From the IMG/VR virus record IMGVR_UViG_3300048838_001248, positions 64,001-102,208 of that record: DNA of 38,208 nucleotides; one strand, written 5' to 3'. This stretch comes from a virus (lineage: Duplodnaviria; Heunggongvirae; Uroviricota; Caudoviricetes). Under the pieces are notes generated by a model, which saw only the letters and a list, made by a program, of their open reading frames with translations, did not search any database and was not told the origin of the DNA. Shown one piece after another: positions 1 to 9,219 of this stretch (position 1 is its first letter; each line of letters begins with the position of its first letter). Position numbers and translations under genes: made by a program.

Positions 1-75
1 AATTGGACTATTATTTGCTTTGAAGAAAGTGGCTGATACTCAATTAAAAATTAGAAAAAATAAGAAAAAATAGTG

Positions 76-387
76 TTATTCGTTATAACTAAACACGTAT
101 TTTCCGTGTCTAATTGTTTCGATTGCAACTCCCGTCATTTCTTTAAACATTTCCACGATACCTTCATCCCCTCTTTTTCTAAATTGGTCTTGAAGTATAC
201 TTAAAATTGCGCTGTGGTCAACTCCTAATCTGGAAGCCATTTCTGCCAATTCTGGAATGCCCATAACACTTTGATTTTCATCGAGAATATTATGCTCATA
301 TCCCTGTGGCATATATGATATTTGATGATTAGGGTCTAAAAGACTCTGAAGTTCTTCTTTAATAATTGTATGTATTTTCTTTTTCAT
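76..387 (-). CDS. Hypothetical protein with N-terminal IIKEE motif
   Basis: 103-aa ORF, MKKKIHTIIKEELQSLL; tight packing with upstream gene. Confidence 0.8.
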   Translation of the reverse strand: MKKKIHTIIKEELQSLLDPNHQISYMPQGYEHNILDENQSVMGIPELAEMASRLGVDHSAILSILQDQFRKRGDEGIVEMFKEMTGVAIETIRHGKYVFSYNE

Positions 388-393
388 GATGAC

Positions 394-927
394 TTAATAT
401 GCGTAATGTGTAAATCCGTAAGGTTGTTTTTCTTCTCCGGTATCAAATATTTCAATATAATGATTTGGGAAGTAATCGTATGCGCTTGACTGACCGAAAG
501 TTTTTGTGTTTCCGGCACGAACCACTGCAACAAATTCTTTGGGAAAATTTTCGGCATAACCATATTTTGCACCATACGGCACAATATTTTTTTCAGATAA
601 CAAATCTAATATGTTATCATGAAGTGCATTATAAGATTGTGCAAGATATAAATCGCCAGTTCTTAATAAAATTCCTCTGGTATCAGAAGTAAAACCTTCA
701 AGCGATTTGGGGTTCTTATATACCGGAATTGGCTTATTTATGGGTTTATCGAATTGTTTATCTACGTAGCCAACTAACTCTGCCCTTATTTCTGGTGTAG
801 GGACATCTGCAGTTATACCGAGTCTACGTTCATAATATTTATCAGCAATACTTGGCTCAGTTTGCCAATCGCTATAAAAATCCTGAATTTCTTCTTTGAT
901 TAACTCAATTAATTTCAACAATTTCAT
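394..927 (-). CDS. Hypothetical protein with N-terminal LIKEE motif
   Basis: Start moved to MKLLKLIELIKEEIQ (927) because the GTATTTAT motif lies at 943-950. Confidence 0.8.
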   Translation of the reverse strand: MKLLKLIELIKEEIQDFYSDWQTEPSIADKYYERRLGITADVPTPEIRAELVGYVDKQFDKPINKPIPVYKNPKSLEGFTSDTRGILLRTGDLYLAQSYNALHDNILDLLSEKNIVPYGAKYGYAENFPKEFVAVVRAGNTKTFGQSSAYDYFPNHYIEIFDTGEEKQPYGFTHYAY

Positions 928-968
928 TGAAAAGTATTTTCCATAAATACTAATCAAAAAACAAATGT

Positions 969-1364
969 CTACTCTTGAGTTATATCACTTACCTCTGGAA
1001 TCGTTTTTGAACCATAACATAATGGACATAATTTAGTACCAGCACTTGAATTTGAATCCGGGATAGTACCAAATCCCTTGCACACATGACATTGAACCCA
1101 TTTTGTGTTGATTTTTAATATTGTGGGATTACCTGTGGTGGTTTGTAAATTACTTAACATAAAATCACTAATGTCTTCAACAACACTATAGTCATGAAAC
1201 ATTTTTTGTTTTAATTCCCAAGTATCGTTACCTTCCAGACCTCTGTTCCAACGAATATGATATGCCTTATCTGTTATAAGTAATACTGTGATGGAAGAGA
1301 TGATATCTGTATTTCCAAATTTTATTAAATATGTGTGGTTTAATTCTAAATTTTGTTCTTCCAT
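969..1364 (-). CDS. Hypothetical protein with C-terminal DnaJ-type zinc-finger repeat
   Basis: CHVCKGFG and CPLCYGSK (CxxCxGxG-like); TAG stop. Confidence 0.75.
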   Translation of the reverse strand: MEEQNLELNHTYLIKFGNTDIISSITVLLITDKAYHIRWNRGLEGNDTWELKQKMFHDYSVVEDISDFMLSNLQTTTGNPTILKINTKWVQCHVCKGFGTIPDSNSSAGTKLCPLCYGSKTIPEVSDITQE

Positions 1365-1368
1365 GATG

Positions 1369-1545
1369 TTAATCTATATATCCAATTATTTTTAATTTTT
1401 GTGGGTCACAAAGCATTTTAATTTCTTTGCCGTTTTCATCTATGATGTGAACTACTGTTTTTTTATTTACTCTACCTTCTCTATGATAGGTTCTTCCTTG
1501 TTTACCAGTTTTGGTTTCAACCAAATATCCAGCGTCTATGCTCAT
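1369..1545 (-). CDS. Small hypothetical protein (58 aa), not in ORF track
   Basis: Hand translation MSIDAGYLVETKTGKQGRTY...LKIIGYID; ATG overlaps TGA of upstream gene and fills the gap. Confidence 0.7.
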   Translation of the reverse strand: MSIDAGYLVETKTGKQGRTYHREGRVNKKTVVHIIDENGKEIKMLCDPQKLKIIGYID

Positions 1546-1733
1546 AAAATATTATTTTGTTTTTTTCCGGCAAGTATTATAACATCAAAAGAACGTTCTT
1601 TATGAACTTCGTTATAATTAATAATTTCCCAACCGTCAGTAACTAATTTATCCAGCCATTCCTGTAAATCTTTTTCAAAATCAGGATAGGGGAAGGAATT
1701 CAAGTGCCTTTTATATTTAATGTATCTTTCCAT
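1542..1733 (-). CDS. Small hypothetical protein, DUF4177-like
   Basis: LDKLVTDGWEII resembles the LnxlgxeGWEL motif. Confidence 0.6.
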   Translation of the reverse strand: MERYIKYKRHLNSFPYPDFEKDLQEWLDKLVTDGWEIINYNEVHKERSFDVIILAGKKQNNIL

Positions 1734-1828
1734 TTAAAAAGTTCACCAAATATATTAAATCTTGGGTTCAAAAGCAAGACTTTTAGTATTTATAGTAAAT
1801 AAATTTAAACAAGATAAAATTTACTGCC

Positions 1829-1993
1829 ATGAGCAAAGAAAGAGACATTCAGATTTTAGAACATAAAATTGCTGAACTTGAACAGAAAATACTTAAATTT
1901 CAAGAATTTGGAATTTCTGCGAAAAAGACCGAAAAACTTGAAATACTTAAACTGAAATACGAAGACCAGTTAGCCGAAATAGAATTAGGTTAA
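1829..1993 (+). CDS. Small coiled-coil protein (54 aa), lone plus-strand gene
   Basis: MSKERDIQILEHKIAELEQKILKFQEFG...EIELG; occupies a gap and ends at a bidirectional terminator. Confidence 0.65.
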   Translation: MSKERDIQILEHKIAELEQKILKFQEFGISAKKTEKLEILKLKYEDQLAEIELG

Positions 1994-2028
1994 AAAAATC
2001 GGTAGTTAAACGCTACCGATTTTTTTTT
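1992..2028. terminator. Bidirectional intrinsic terminator
   Basis: AAAAAAATCGGTAG-ttaaacg-CTACCGATTTTTTT between convergent genes. Confidence 0.85.
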
Positions 2029-2384
2029 GACAGATATCCATAAACAAATCCCCTATCCCTATCATACTCTGATGCAAACATTGCAAGATTATCACAATAA
2101 CTTTTGTAATTTTCTTTCCAGTACAGAATAAATTCATCAATTGTTTCTGTAACTTCCCTTTCATTTGTGATTTTCTTATTTAAAAATAGTTTTTTAATCA
2201 CAAAAACTGCCCATGCTTTCCAATCAACTGTTAATTCGTTATGTTTTTCCTTTATATGTGTTACGGCTATTTCAAACACTACAACAAGATATGGTAGTTG
2301 TTGTTTATGACCGACAATTAATTCAAGAACTGGTGTGTATTTTTGAACTAATAAATCGATATTTTTATTTGTTAAATCTATCAT
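2013..2384 (-). CDS. Hypothetical protein
   Basis: Start moved to MIDLTNKN to reduce overlap with the upstream gene; TAG stop. Confidence 0.7.
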   Translation of the reverse strand: MIDLTNKNIDLLVQKYTPVLELIVGHKQQLPYLVVVFEIAVTHIKEKHNELTVDWKAWAVFVIKKLFLNKKITNEREVTETIDEFILYWKENYKSYCDNLAMFASEYDRDRGFVYGYLSKKNR

Positions 2385-3468
2385 ATGCGTTTTTAGAAAT
2401 CTGACAAATCTTAACCTTGCCAACGAATTCCTCTAATGTTTTTGCATTTACGTAACTCATTAAATTACGTAGGTAATGTTCGAAATTTTCAACCCATCCA
2501 TCAAGGTAGTACTCAACTCGTCTGAACCTCACAACGCCCTCAGAAGTCTTAAAACTGGTCTTTCCCATTGCCTTTTGTGCTTCCTTGGTACTCATTCCCC
2601 TGAAATATTTCTTAATTGGATATCCCTTATCGAAAAATTTCTTTGCGAGTTTTCTATTTAATTTAATACCGTATAGATAATTATCGGCAGCACTTTCAAA
2701 TGCTTTATTGAATATTGACCCAATCATCACGTAGTCTGCACCAAGTGCTAACGACTTAATTATGTCTGAATAGTCTTTCATTCCACCATCAGCAACAATT
2801 GCAGGTGCTTTTCTTTGAACAAAATCGGGATTTTTTCTTTCCTCAAGAGTGCCTTTTTCGAAAGCATTTTTTATTGTACGTATTTCATGAATTAATGATG
2901 CCATAGGATATCCAATGCCTGATTGTTTTGTTGTTAAACATCCATTACCGTTTCCAATACCAATCCTGATATAATCAACACAACCATACTCTGCATACCA
3001 GCGATATGTTTCAGGATTGGCTATGTTACCCACCATGATAATAATATCCGGTCTTAGCCTTTTTATTTCACGGCAGTAGTCAACAATTTTCTGCATGTGA
3101 CCATTAGCTACATCAATAAGAATGTGTGCATTTTCATGCAATTCTTTGAAATTATTTTTATACAAAACGTCAAGGTCATTAAAACCAAAACTAAAGAATG
3201 TGTTTGTATAATCGGTTTCTCGAATGCTATGTTCTGTACAGAAATTTTTAAATTCCTGATATTTAATTGTTCTGGGTAGTGCAACACTAATTCCATTACT
3301 GAAAAAATAACCCATATTTTCAAGGTTCACAACAGTATCCATTGGTGCGGTAATAAGTGGTAATGGTTTTGTGAGTTTAATTCCATTATATCTACTGGAG
3401 ATATGTGTTTTTTTGGCGGGAACTATTAATATGTCGTCAAAATCAAATTTAAATTCTATATTTTTCAT
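2365..3468 (-). CDS. GMP reductase / IMP dehydrogenase family (TIM barrel, no CBS domains)
   Basis: FDDILIVP, APMDTV, IDVANGH, GIGNGNGCLT catalytic loop, ADGG, LALGADYVMIG, GMST, SEG. Confidence 0.92.
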   Translation of the reverse strand: MKNIEFKFDFDDILIVPAKKTHISSRYNGIKLTKPLPLITAPMDTVVNLENMGYFFSNGISVALPRTIKYQEFKNFCTEHSIRETDYTNTFFSFGFNDLDVLYKNNFKELHENAHILIDVANGHMQKIVDYCREIKRLRPDIIIMVGNIANPETYRWYAEYGCVDYIRIGIGNGNGCLTTKQSGIGYPMASLIHEIRTIKNAFEKGTLEERKNPDFVQRKAPAIVADGGMKDYSDIIKSLALGADYVMIGSIFNKAFESAADNYLYGIKLNRKLAKKFFDKGYPIKKYFRGMSTKEAQKAMGKTSFKTSEGVVRFRRVEYYLDGWVENFEHYLRNLMSYVNAKTLEEFVGKVKICQISKNAYDRFNK

Positions 3469-3487
3469 GTTTTCTTTTTACAAAAAA

Positions 3488-3660
3488 GAAGTGTGTGTTT
3501 TTCACAAAAATGAAATGAGATAATGAATTTTAAGTTTTAAACCTTGAGATTTAAGCGCATGAATACACTAATTTTGAACATTCGTTATCTCTATCATTAC
3601 CAAGTAGAACGTGTCTGACACGAACAATCATAACATTTAAGTTACTCAACAACACACCTC
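3488..3660 (-). ncRNA. Putative structured ncRNA downstream of the DIP1984-like gene
   Basis: Outer helix 3488-3496/3652-3660; inner 12-bp helix 3517-3528/3580-3591; four tandem heptamers 3528-3555; hairpin 3610-3622. Confidence 0.55.
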
Positions 3661-3676
3661 AATATTATTTTCAGCG

Positions 3677-4150
3677 TTATTCTGAAATATCTTCATTCAG
3701 ATTACCCCAAGGAACATCGGTTGTATAATTATACGTATCAATTTCTTCTTGAAGCGCATCAACCTTTTCTTGAAACTCTTTAATGTATGCGGTTTTTGTT
3801 TGTTCATCAATTTGAACTGCAAATTCTCGAAGCGTTTCTGAACCAAATCTTCCACCCTCCTGAGTTCCTTCTGCAACCGGAACACCATTCCAAAAGGTAA
3901 TCAATGCTTTATATTCAGAAAGAACATAAATCTTGGATTGAATTTCACGATTTGCCTCATTAATGACAAATTTTAATCCAGTAAGCTGGTCAATTTTATC
4001 CATAAGTTCCTTATATAAATTTGGAACATTATATTTCTTTGGATTCAAAGAACCAACCAAATATGAGTTTTTTACTTGGATTTGTGCTTTCAACTGTGCA
4101 ATTTCGCCAATTAATTTTTTTCTGAGTTTTAATGCTTTGTGTAGTTTCAT
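3677..4150 (-). CDS. DIP1984-like coiled-coil protein
   Basis: MKLHKALKLRKKL start, INEAN, and LQEEIDTYNYTT end match the pattern I recall for this family. Confidence 0.7.
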   Translation of the reverse strand: MKLHKALKLRKKLIGEIAQLKAQIQVKNSYLVGSLNPKKYNVPNLYKELMDKIDQLTGLKFVINEANREIQSKIYVLSEYKALITFWNGVPVAEGTQEGGRFGSETLREFAVQIDEQTKTAYIKEFQEKVDALQEEIDTYNYTTDVPWGNLNEDISE

Positions 4151-4207
4151 AATTATCTATATTTTAATACGCAATATTAACAATAAATATTGTAACATAC
4201 AAGGAAT

Positions 4208-5095
4208 TTATATTTTAGTTTTAATTCTGAAATCAATTGACCACCCATATGGCATAAATTGTGGTTGCATTGTATCAATAAAATGATTTCTCCAGAGTTT
4301 TACAAAATCTTCAATTTTTTCCTCGGTATCTAATTTTTGAACAACATGATATCCGTGGTCAAATTCTTGACGACAATGATTTTTAAAATCATTAGTCTCA
4401 TTAAGATGTACGTCCTTCAATAACAAATAATACTTATACAATTGAACATATGTCCAACCATTGACCACATCAATAGGTATTCCGGTTTTTTCTGAAATAG
4501 TTTTTAGTTTTTCTTCAGTCACCTCCGGTGTTACCCTACCATATGTTTTAAATATTGAATGTATGGTGTTTAATAAGATTGCATTTTCTTTCCCAATTTC
4601 CCTGAGTTTTTTTGTATACTCTAAATTGAGTTCACCAATTGTTTTGACATTAAACATTCTGGCAATTTCATCTTTATATAGATTTGCCATTTGTTCGTAC
4701 TCTGAATGTTTTTGTTGATTAATTAAAACCACATCATGATGATTCTTTGATTTATATTCTTCTGGAAAATATGTGCGGTAGCAATAAGGAACAATATGAT
4801 GACGTTGCAGGTCATCTTCCACTCCGCTTACAACACATTTGGTTTCTCTTATACCTCTACCAAACTCTTCATTATCCTCAAAACCGTTTCCTCGTGGAAT
4901 AAAAGTCAACATGATTTTCTTTTTGCCGAAATCTATTGCTAAATTACGCTCCAAGTACCATGCTGCCTTTTTTTCTCCACAAGTAAACATATGTCTTCCA
5001 GATGGATGATAAACCTTCCAATTTTCGATGTTCAGGTTTTTACTTCCAGCCTTTAATATGTTATTTTTTTCTCTACCCTTGCTAATCTTTTCCAT
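4208..5095 (-). CDS. HNH-like protein resembling the EXD2 C-terminal domain
   Basis: KAAWYLERNL, CVVSG, RHHIVPYCYRTYFPEEYKSKNHHDVVL; start moved to MEKISK. Confidence 0.75.
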   Translation of the reverse strand: MEKISKGREKNNILKAGSKNLNIENWKVYHPSGRHMFTCGEKKAAWYLERNLAIDFGKKKIMLTFIPRGNGFEDNEEFGRGIRETKCVVSGVEDDLQRHHIVPYCYRTYFPEEYKSKNHHDVVLINQQKHSEYEQMANLYKDEIARMFNVKTIGELNLEYTKKLREIGKENAILLNTIHSIFKTYGRVTPEVTEEKLKTISEKTGIPIDVVNGWTYVQLYKYYLLLKDVHLNETNDFKNHCRQEFDHGYHVVQKLDTEEKIEDFVKLWRNHFIDTMQPQFMPYGWSIDFRIKTKI

Positions 5096-6086
5096 TATAT
5101 ATCTCCATGAAATAATCACGAATAACATCATAATTATTTTTAAGAATAAAATTATCGTAATCATCTCCCAGAGCATTCTTGAACTTGCCGATTGCAGCAC
5201 CCAATTCTTTACCCATAAGATTGGGAAGCCAAGACATTACAATATCACCATTAAATTTTTGCGATAATATTTTGTCCTGAGTATCTTTCATTTTCAATTC
5301 ATACAATTGACCCAGCAAATCTGATTCTGGAAAAAATTCGTCAATCATCGGCAAATATAAGTCCTTGTCTTTGTGATACTCATATCTCATATTGATATCA
5401 TTGTCTTTAAGATAATTCAAAAATATATGATATGAGCCACGTTTACGATTTCTTTTCTTGTCGATGCTTTTAAGGTTTTCCATTTTAAAGATTTCAGAAT
5501 CGAAATACTTGGTGTTTATGGTGAATTTGAATATGTCTTCCAGAGTTTCAAATCCCTGTAAATATCTATCATAGTCATATCCACCAAATTCAAATATTCT
5601 TTTAGCGTCTGTCGTCAACAAAATGTCGGCAGAGTTTCTTCCGTTGAAATTCCTGAACTTATAGAACAAGCCTTCCCAGCCATACGACAAACCAAATTTA
5701 TGGTATGTTTTACCCATTATATTACCAAGCGGGTCATATGAAAAATATACCAGCGCAGTTTCCCATTTCGATTCTGGGATTGGGATGAAATCAACTTGAA
5801 AGTTTTTATAATCAAAAGAATATACCCCACCATTAGCATAAACGGCTTCCGGTTGGAATGTTTTACGTATGTAGTCAACCCAATTTATGTTGGCATCAGT
5901 ATCAACCTTTATAAGTAAATCCAAATCACCGTGGTCTGCTTTAGTGTGATAGCACTTTATAACCGAACTGAAAAATGTCAAATCAAAGAAAACACGAACA
6001 TTGAGTTCATATCCTATTTGATTGAATTCTTCGGTGTTTTTTCTTTCAGTATAAACACCATATCTATTTAACGCTTTTCCTCCCAT
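5082..6086 (-). CDS. Pol-beta superfamily nucleotidyltransferase, possible CCA-adding-like
   Basis: GDLDLLI (DxD) and QVDFI third Asp; C-terminal FNGDIVM...GKELGAAI; start moved to MGGKAL. Confidence 0.7.
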   Translation of the reverse strand: MGGKALNRYGVYTERKNTEEFNQIGYELNVRVFFDLTFFSSVIKCYHTKADHGDLDLLIKVDTDANINWVDYIRKTFQPEAVYANGGVYSFDYKNFQVDFIPIPESKWETALVYFSYDPLGNIMGKTYHKFGLSYGWEGLFYKFRNFNGRNSADILLTTDAKRIFEFGGYDYDRYLQGFETLEDIFKFTINTKYFDSEIFKMENLKSIDKKRNRKRGSYHIFLNYLKDNDINMRYEYHKDKDLYLPMIDEFFPESDLLGQLYELKMKDTQDKILSQKFNGDIVMSWLPNLMGKELGAAIGKFKNALGDDYDNFILKNNYDVIRDYFMEIYNGKD

Positions 6087-6112
6087 TTTGAATTCGATTT
6101 TTTCGTTATGCA

Positions 6113-6142
6113 ATTATACGAAAACAAATTCAAAATGTTACA
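6113..6142 (-). promoter_or_regulatory. Promoter motif TGTAACATTT-N12-CGTATAAT
   Basis: Same 30-nt architecture at 6113, 14191, 17038 and 17749. Confidence 0.75.
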
Positions 6143-6148
6143 CGTTTT

Positions 6149-6472
6149 TTAAAAAATTTTAAAAGAAATTATTGTGTCTGAACTTTCTGCTTCCGAAAAT
6201 GTCCAATTTTCGGTTTCCTCTATCTCATCAAGTAATGCTTCGACAAGTTCTAAGTCTTTTTCATAGGCTTCGTTAAGTAGTTCTTCAGGTGTTGTAGAGT
6301 CAAAACCAAAACTCATTTCGTCTTCATTGTCAGCAGGAATTGTAATTTCCTCGGAATCATCTTCAAGTTTATATGTCCAAACAATGCAATTGCCATGTAA
6401 TTGAAACTCACCATTTAACTCATCAGGAAAAAATTTATTTTGTATTTCTTCAAATAATTCGTTGATATTCAT
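6149..6472 (-). CDS. Acidic hypothetical protein
   Basis: 107-aa ORF, very rich in Asp and Glu. Confidence 0.8.
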   Translation of the reverse strand: MNINELFEEIQNKFFPDELNGEFQLHGNCIVWTYKLEDDSEEITIPADNEDEMSFGFDSTTPEELLNEAYEKDLELVEALLDEIEETENWTFSEAESSDTIISFKIF

Positions 6473-6598
6473 CTCTCTATGATATTAAATAATATTAATT
6501 TTTTTACCATAAATAGAAGATGTTCTCCGAAAAGTCAATATTGTTGGAATATATTTGCAAATAGTGGATAAATATGAGTTTTTAATGGAAAATATTTA

Positions 6599-7465
6599 CT
6601 AATAATCAGACATTCTATATGAACCGGAAATTTTACTATCTTCATCAGGACTACTGTATCCACTTAATTGAGATAAAGCACGTGAACCACCTTCAACAAA
6701 CCAAGAGGCAATATCTGAACGTTGATGAACGACATTTAACATTTTATCTATGGTGACAACATCCTGCTCGGCAGTTGTGTTTCTAACTAATTGACCAAGA
6801 AGTGTTACAAGTGGTTTTAATCCATAATCGCTAATAAATCCACCCATTTTATGTTCGGGGTCTTCCATATAATATTTAAAAAATCTTTCCTTCATTTCAT
6901 CATAAAGCATATTTCTAATGTCCTCTCTATCCATACTTTCTGGATTATAATTCTCATCGATAAATTTTTGTGCGAACTGATGAATTTGAGTATTACATTC
7001 TGAAGTGTTTTCTTTTTGTTTATAACCACCATTGGGATTATCGAAATATTTGTCAAAAATACAATTTAATTGTTCGTCAACCCAATATCCAATATTTTCC
7101 TGAAATGCTTCCTCGTCACCCCATTGGGTATGTCCTGCTAAATTGGTCATGATGTTGATTTTCATTGTATTATTTATCATGATTTCCTTAATCATTTCCA
7201 TACCACGTTCATCACGAACAATTCCTTTATACATATAATCTTCCCAAATTTTCTTTAATCTTGGAAATGGAATTACTTTCCAAGGAATGTGTTTTGTAAA
7301 TTCGGGGTTGTTTTTATAAAGAAAATCGGAAAACATGTTTCCCTTTAATTCGTCTTCTCTTTCAAAATATGAATAGTCAATATCGTCTTCATATTCTTTA
7401 ATAAAATTAAGATATTCTTCCTTTATTATTTTATAAACACCCTTCATTAAATAAACATTTTTCAT
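6599..7465 (-). CDS. Hypothetical protein with IIKEE motif
   Basis: 288-aa ORF; ATG abuts the GTATTTAT motif (7464-7471). Confidence 0.8.
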   Translation of the reverse strand: MKNVYLMKGVYKIIKEEYLNFIKEYEDDIDYSYFEREDELKGNMFSDFLYKNNPEFTKHIPWKVIPFPRLKKIWEDYMYKGIVRDERGMEMIKEIMINNTMKINIMTNLAGHTQWGDEEAFQENIGYWVDEQLNCIFDKYFDNPNGGYKQKENTSECNTQIHQFAQKFIDENYNPESMDREDIRNMLYDEMKERFFKYYMEDPEHKMGGFISDYGLKPLVTLLGQLVRNTTAEQDVVTIDKMLNVVHQRSDIASWFVEGGSRALSQLSGYSSPDEDSKISGSYRMSDY

Positions 7466-7471
7466 AAATAC

Positions 7472-7500
7472 AAAAAAAGCCGAAAAAATATTCGGCTTTT
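7472..7500 (-). terminator. Intrinsic terminator
   Basis: AAAAGCCGAA-tatttt-TTCGGCTTTT followed by a U tract. Confidence 0.85.
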
Positions 7501-7518
7501 CTATTACTAATAAACTAA

Positions 7519-8148
7519 TTATATTTCAATTAGAATTGGGTCATAAACACACATGTAGTCTTCATCGAGATTACTTGCATTTACAAATGTTGTATTTTCA
7601 ATCACCTTGATACCATGACCACTATGAATGTGTCCAAAACAATGAATTTTTGGTTTTATCCTTTCAACAACCTCTTTATATAGACTTGGTGAACCAGTGG
7701 CTTTCTTATCGTATACGCTCCAATCAAATATACTATAAGGCGGTTGGTGTGTTATAAGCACATCTGTATCATCTGGAATTGCTTGCCAGTGCTGCATTAA
7801 TTTTTCTTCTGGACGATTAAATGCCCAATTCATAAAAGGTAATGAAACTGGTGTTCCGTAAAATTTAATGCCATCAATAATTACTTCTTGGTCTTCCAAA
7901 TAAATTACATTTTCTGGAACTTTTTCACGTGCAATAATACCGTTGGTCTCAAATAACCAATCATGGTTTCCGGCAATAATAATTTTATGTTCGAAAGGTA
8001 GTTTTGAATACCAATCCATAAAATTCATAATTTCATGACTATAACCCATTGAAGTAAAATCACCACAATGAATAATTACATCTGCTTCTGGTAACTTACT
8101 AAGACGTTTATGCTTAGTATGTGTATCAGATATTATACAAATCTTCAT
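7519..8148 (-). CDS. Calcineurin-like metallophosphoesterase (MPPED/239FB-like)
   Basis: SDTH, HCGDF, AGNHD, ITHQPP, FGHIH motifs. Confidence 0.92.
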   Translation of the reverse strand: MKICIISDTHTKHKRLSKLPEADVIIHCGDFTSMGYSHEIMNFMDWYSKLPFEHKIIIAGNHDWLFETNGIIAREKVPENVIYLEDQEVIIDGIKFYGTPVSLPFMNWAFNRPEEKLMQHWQAIPDDTDVLITHQPPYSIFDWSVYDKKATGSPSLYKEVVERIKPKIHCFGHIHSGHGIKVIENTTFVNASNLDEDYMCVYDPILIEI

Positions 8149-8149
8149 A

Positions 8150-8467
8150 TTATTTTTTTCCTTTCATACAATTTATTCCGGCAATTTCACAAAGCATGTT
8201 ATTAATGCTTAATTCAATATCACCATACACCTTTAAAGGGAATAAATATTCAATTAATTCTTCAGAATAATAATTTATTTCAAATGCATAATGCGTGATT
8301 CCTACATTATACCAAATAACATTGATATCTAATTTGTATGTATTACCACTCCGTTCAATTTTTTCTGGTAATTCTTCAAACTTATTTATTACAGTATCAC
8401 TAACATTATATTTTATAAGAAATTTATTAAATTCTTTTTTATCATACTTTTTTGGAAAAGTTTTCAT
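8150..8467 (-). CDS. Hypothetical protein
   Basis: 105-aa ORF in a tight operon. Confidence 0.75.
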   Translation of the reverse strand: MKTFPKKYDKKEFNKFLIKYNVSDTVINKFEELPEKIERSGNTYKLDINVIWYNVGITHYAFEINYYSEELIEYLFPLKVYGDIELSINNMLCEIAGINCMKGKK

Positions 8468-8473
8468 TCAAAC

Positions 8474-9160
8474 TTATTTTCTTTTATATTCCACATCAAA
8501 CCTACCACTAACATTTTTATTTGGTGTTATTTCACCCAACTTATAGGTTTTCTTATTTAATTTATTTATGTATTCCATTGTTGCACCCGTCAAACTAAAG
8601 ATTGTGTCATTGTTTTCGACCTCAATCATATAAACTAAACCAATATAATCTTTATGTTCTGCAGGTTTTACCTTAATTGATAATTCCGGTTTTTCTGTTA
8701 AAGCCACTGGTTCGTCTTTTGCTTGCATCACTTGATTCTCAATATTTTTTGATTTTTCTTGCATATTAAGTTCAAGCATTTCCTTCAATAGTGCCTTATT
8801 GGTTTGACCGTAATCTAAAACCAATATTAATTGTTTTTTATTAAATTCTTGATAATCTTGCAACGTTGCCAAACCATCAATATAACTTTTATCAATTCTC
8901 GCATTAACTTCTTGAAAACCTGTATTCATTTCAGTTTTCATTTGTTCAATTGCAACAGTGTTTTCAATTATTGATTTTTCAAATTTATCCATTCTATTAA
9001 AGAACGATGCTTTAAATTGTCCAAAGACAAATGCAATAGTAATTAAACTACCCGCAATACTAATACCCCATTTAAGTAAAAGTTTAGTTTTATTCGGTTT
9101 GATGTTGACTTCCTCAACTATATCATTTAAAATATTTCCCATAGCTATTATATTATTCAA
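8474..9160 (-). CDS. Membrane-anchored coiled-coil protein
   Basis: One hydrophobic segment (WGISIAGSLITIAFVFG) followed by a coiled coil; GTATTTAT at 9163-9170. Confidence 0.75.
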   Translation of the reverse strand: MNNIIAMGNILNDIVEEVNIKPNKTKLLLKWGISIAGSLITIAFVFGQFKASFFNRMDKFEKSIIENTVAIEQMKTEMNTGFQEVNARIDKSYIDGLATLQDYQEFNKKQLILVLDYGQTNKALLKEMLELNMQEKSKNIENQVMQAKDEPVALTEKPELSIKVKPAEHKDYIGLVYMIEVENNDTIFSLTGATMEYINKLNKKTYKLGEITPNKNVSGRFDVEYKRK

Positions 9161-9219
9161 CTATAAATACTCAAAAATCGTGGTTAGTTGAATAACACAA
9201 CAAAAATAGTGCAAATATT

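Noticed and set aside
2-73. Possible C-terminus of a plus-strand gene (IGLLFALKKVADTQLKIRKNKKK*)
   Set aside because: Only 23 codons are visible at the window edge, too few to support
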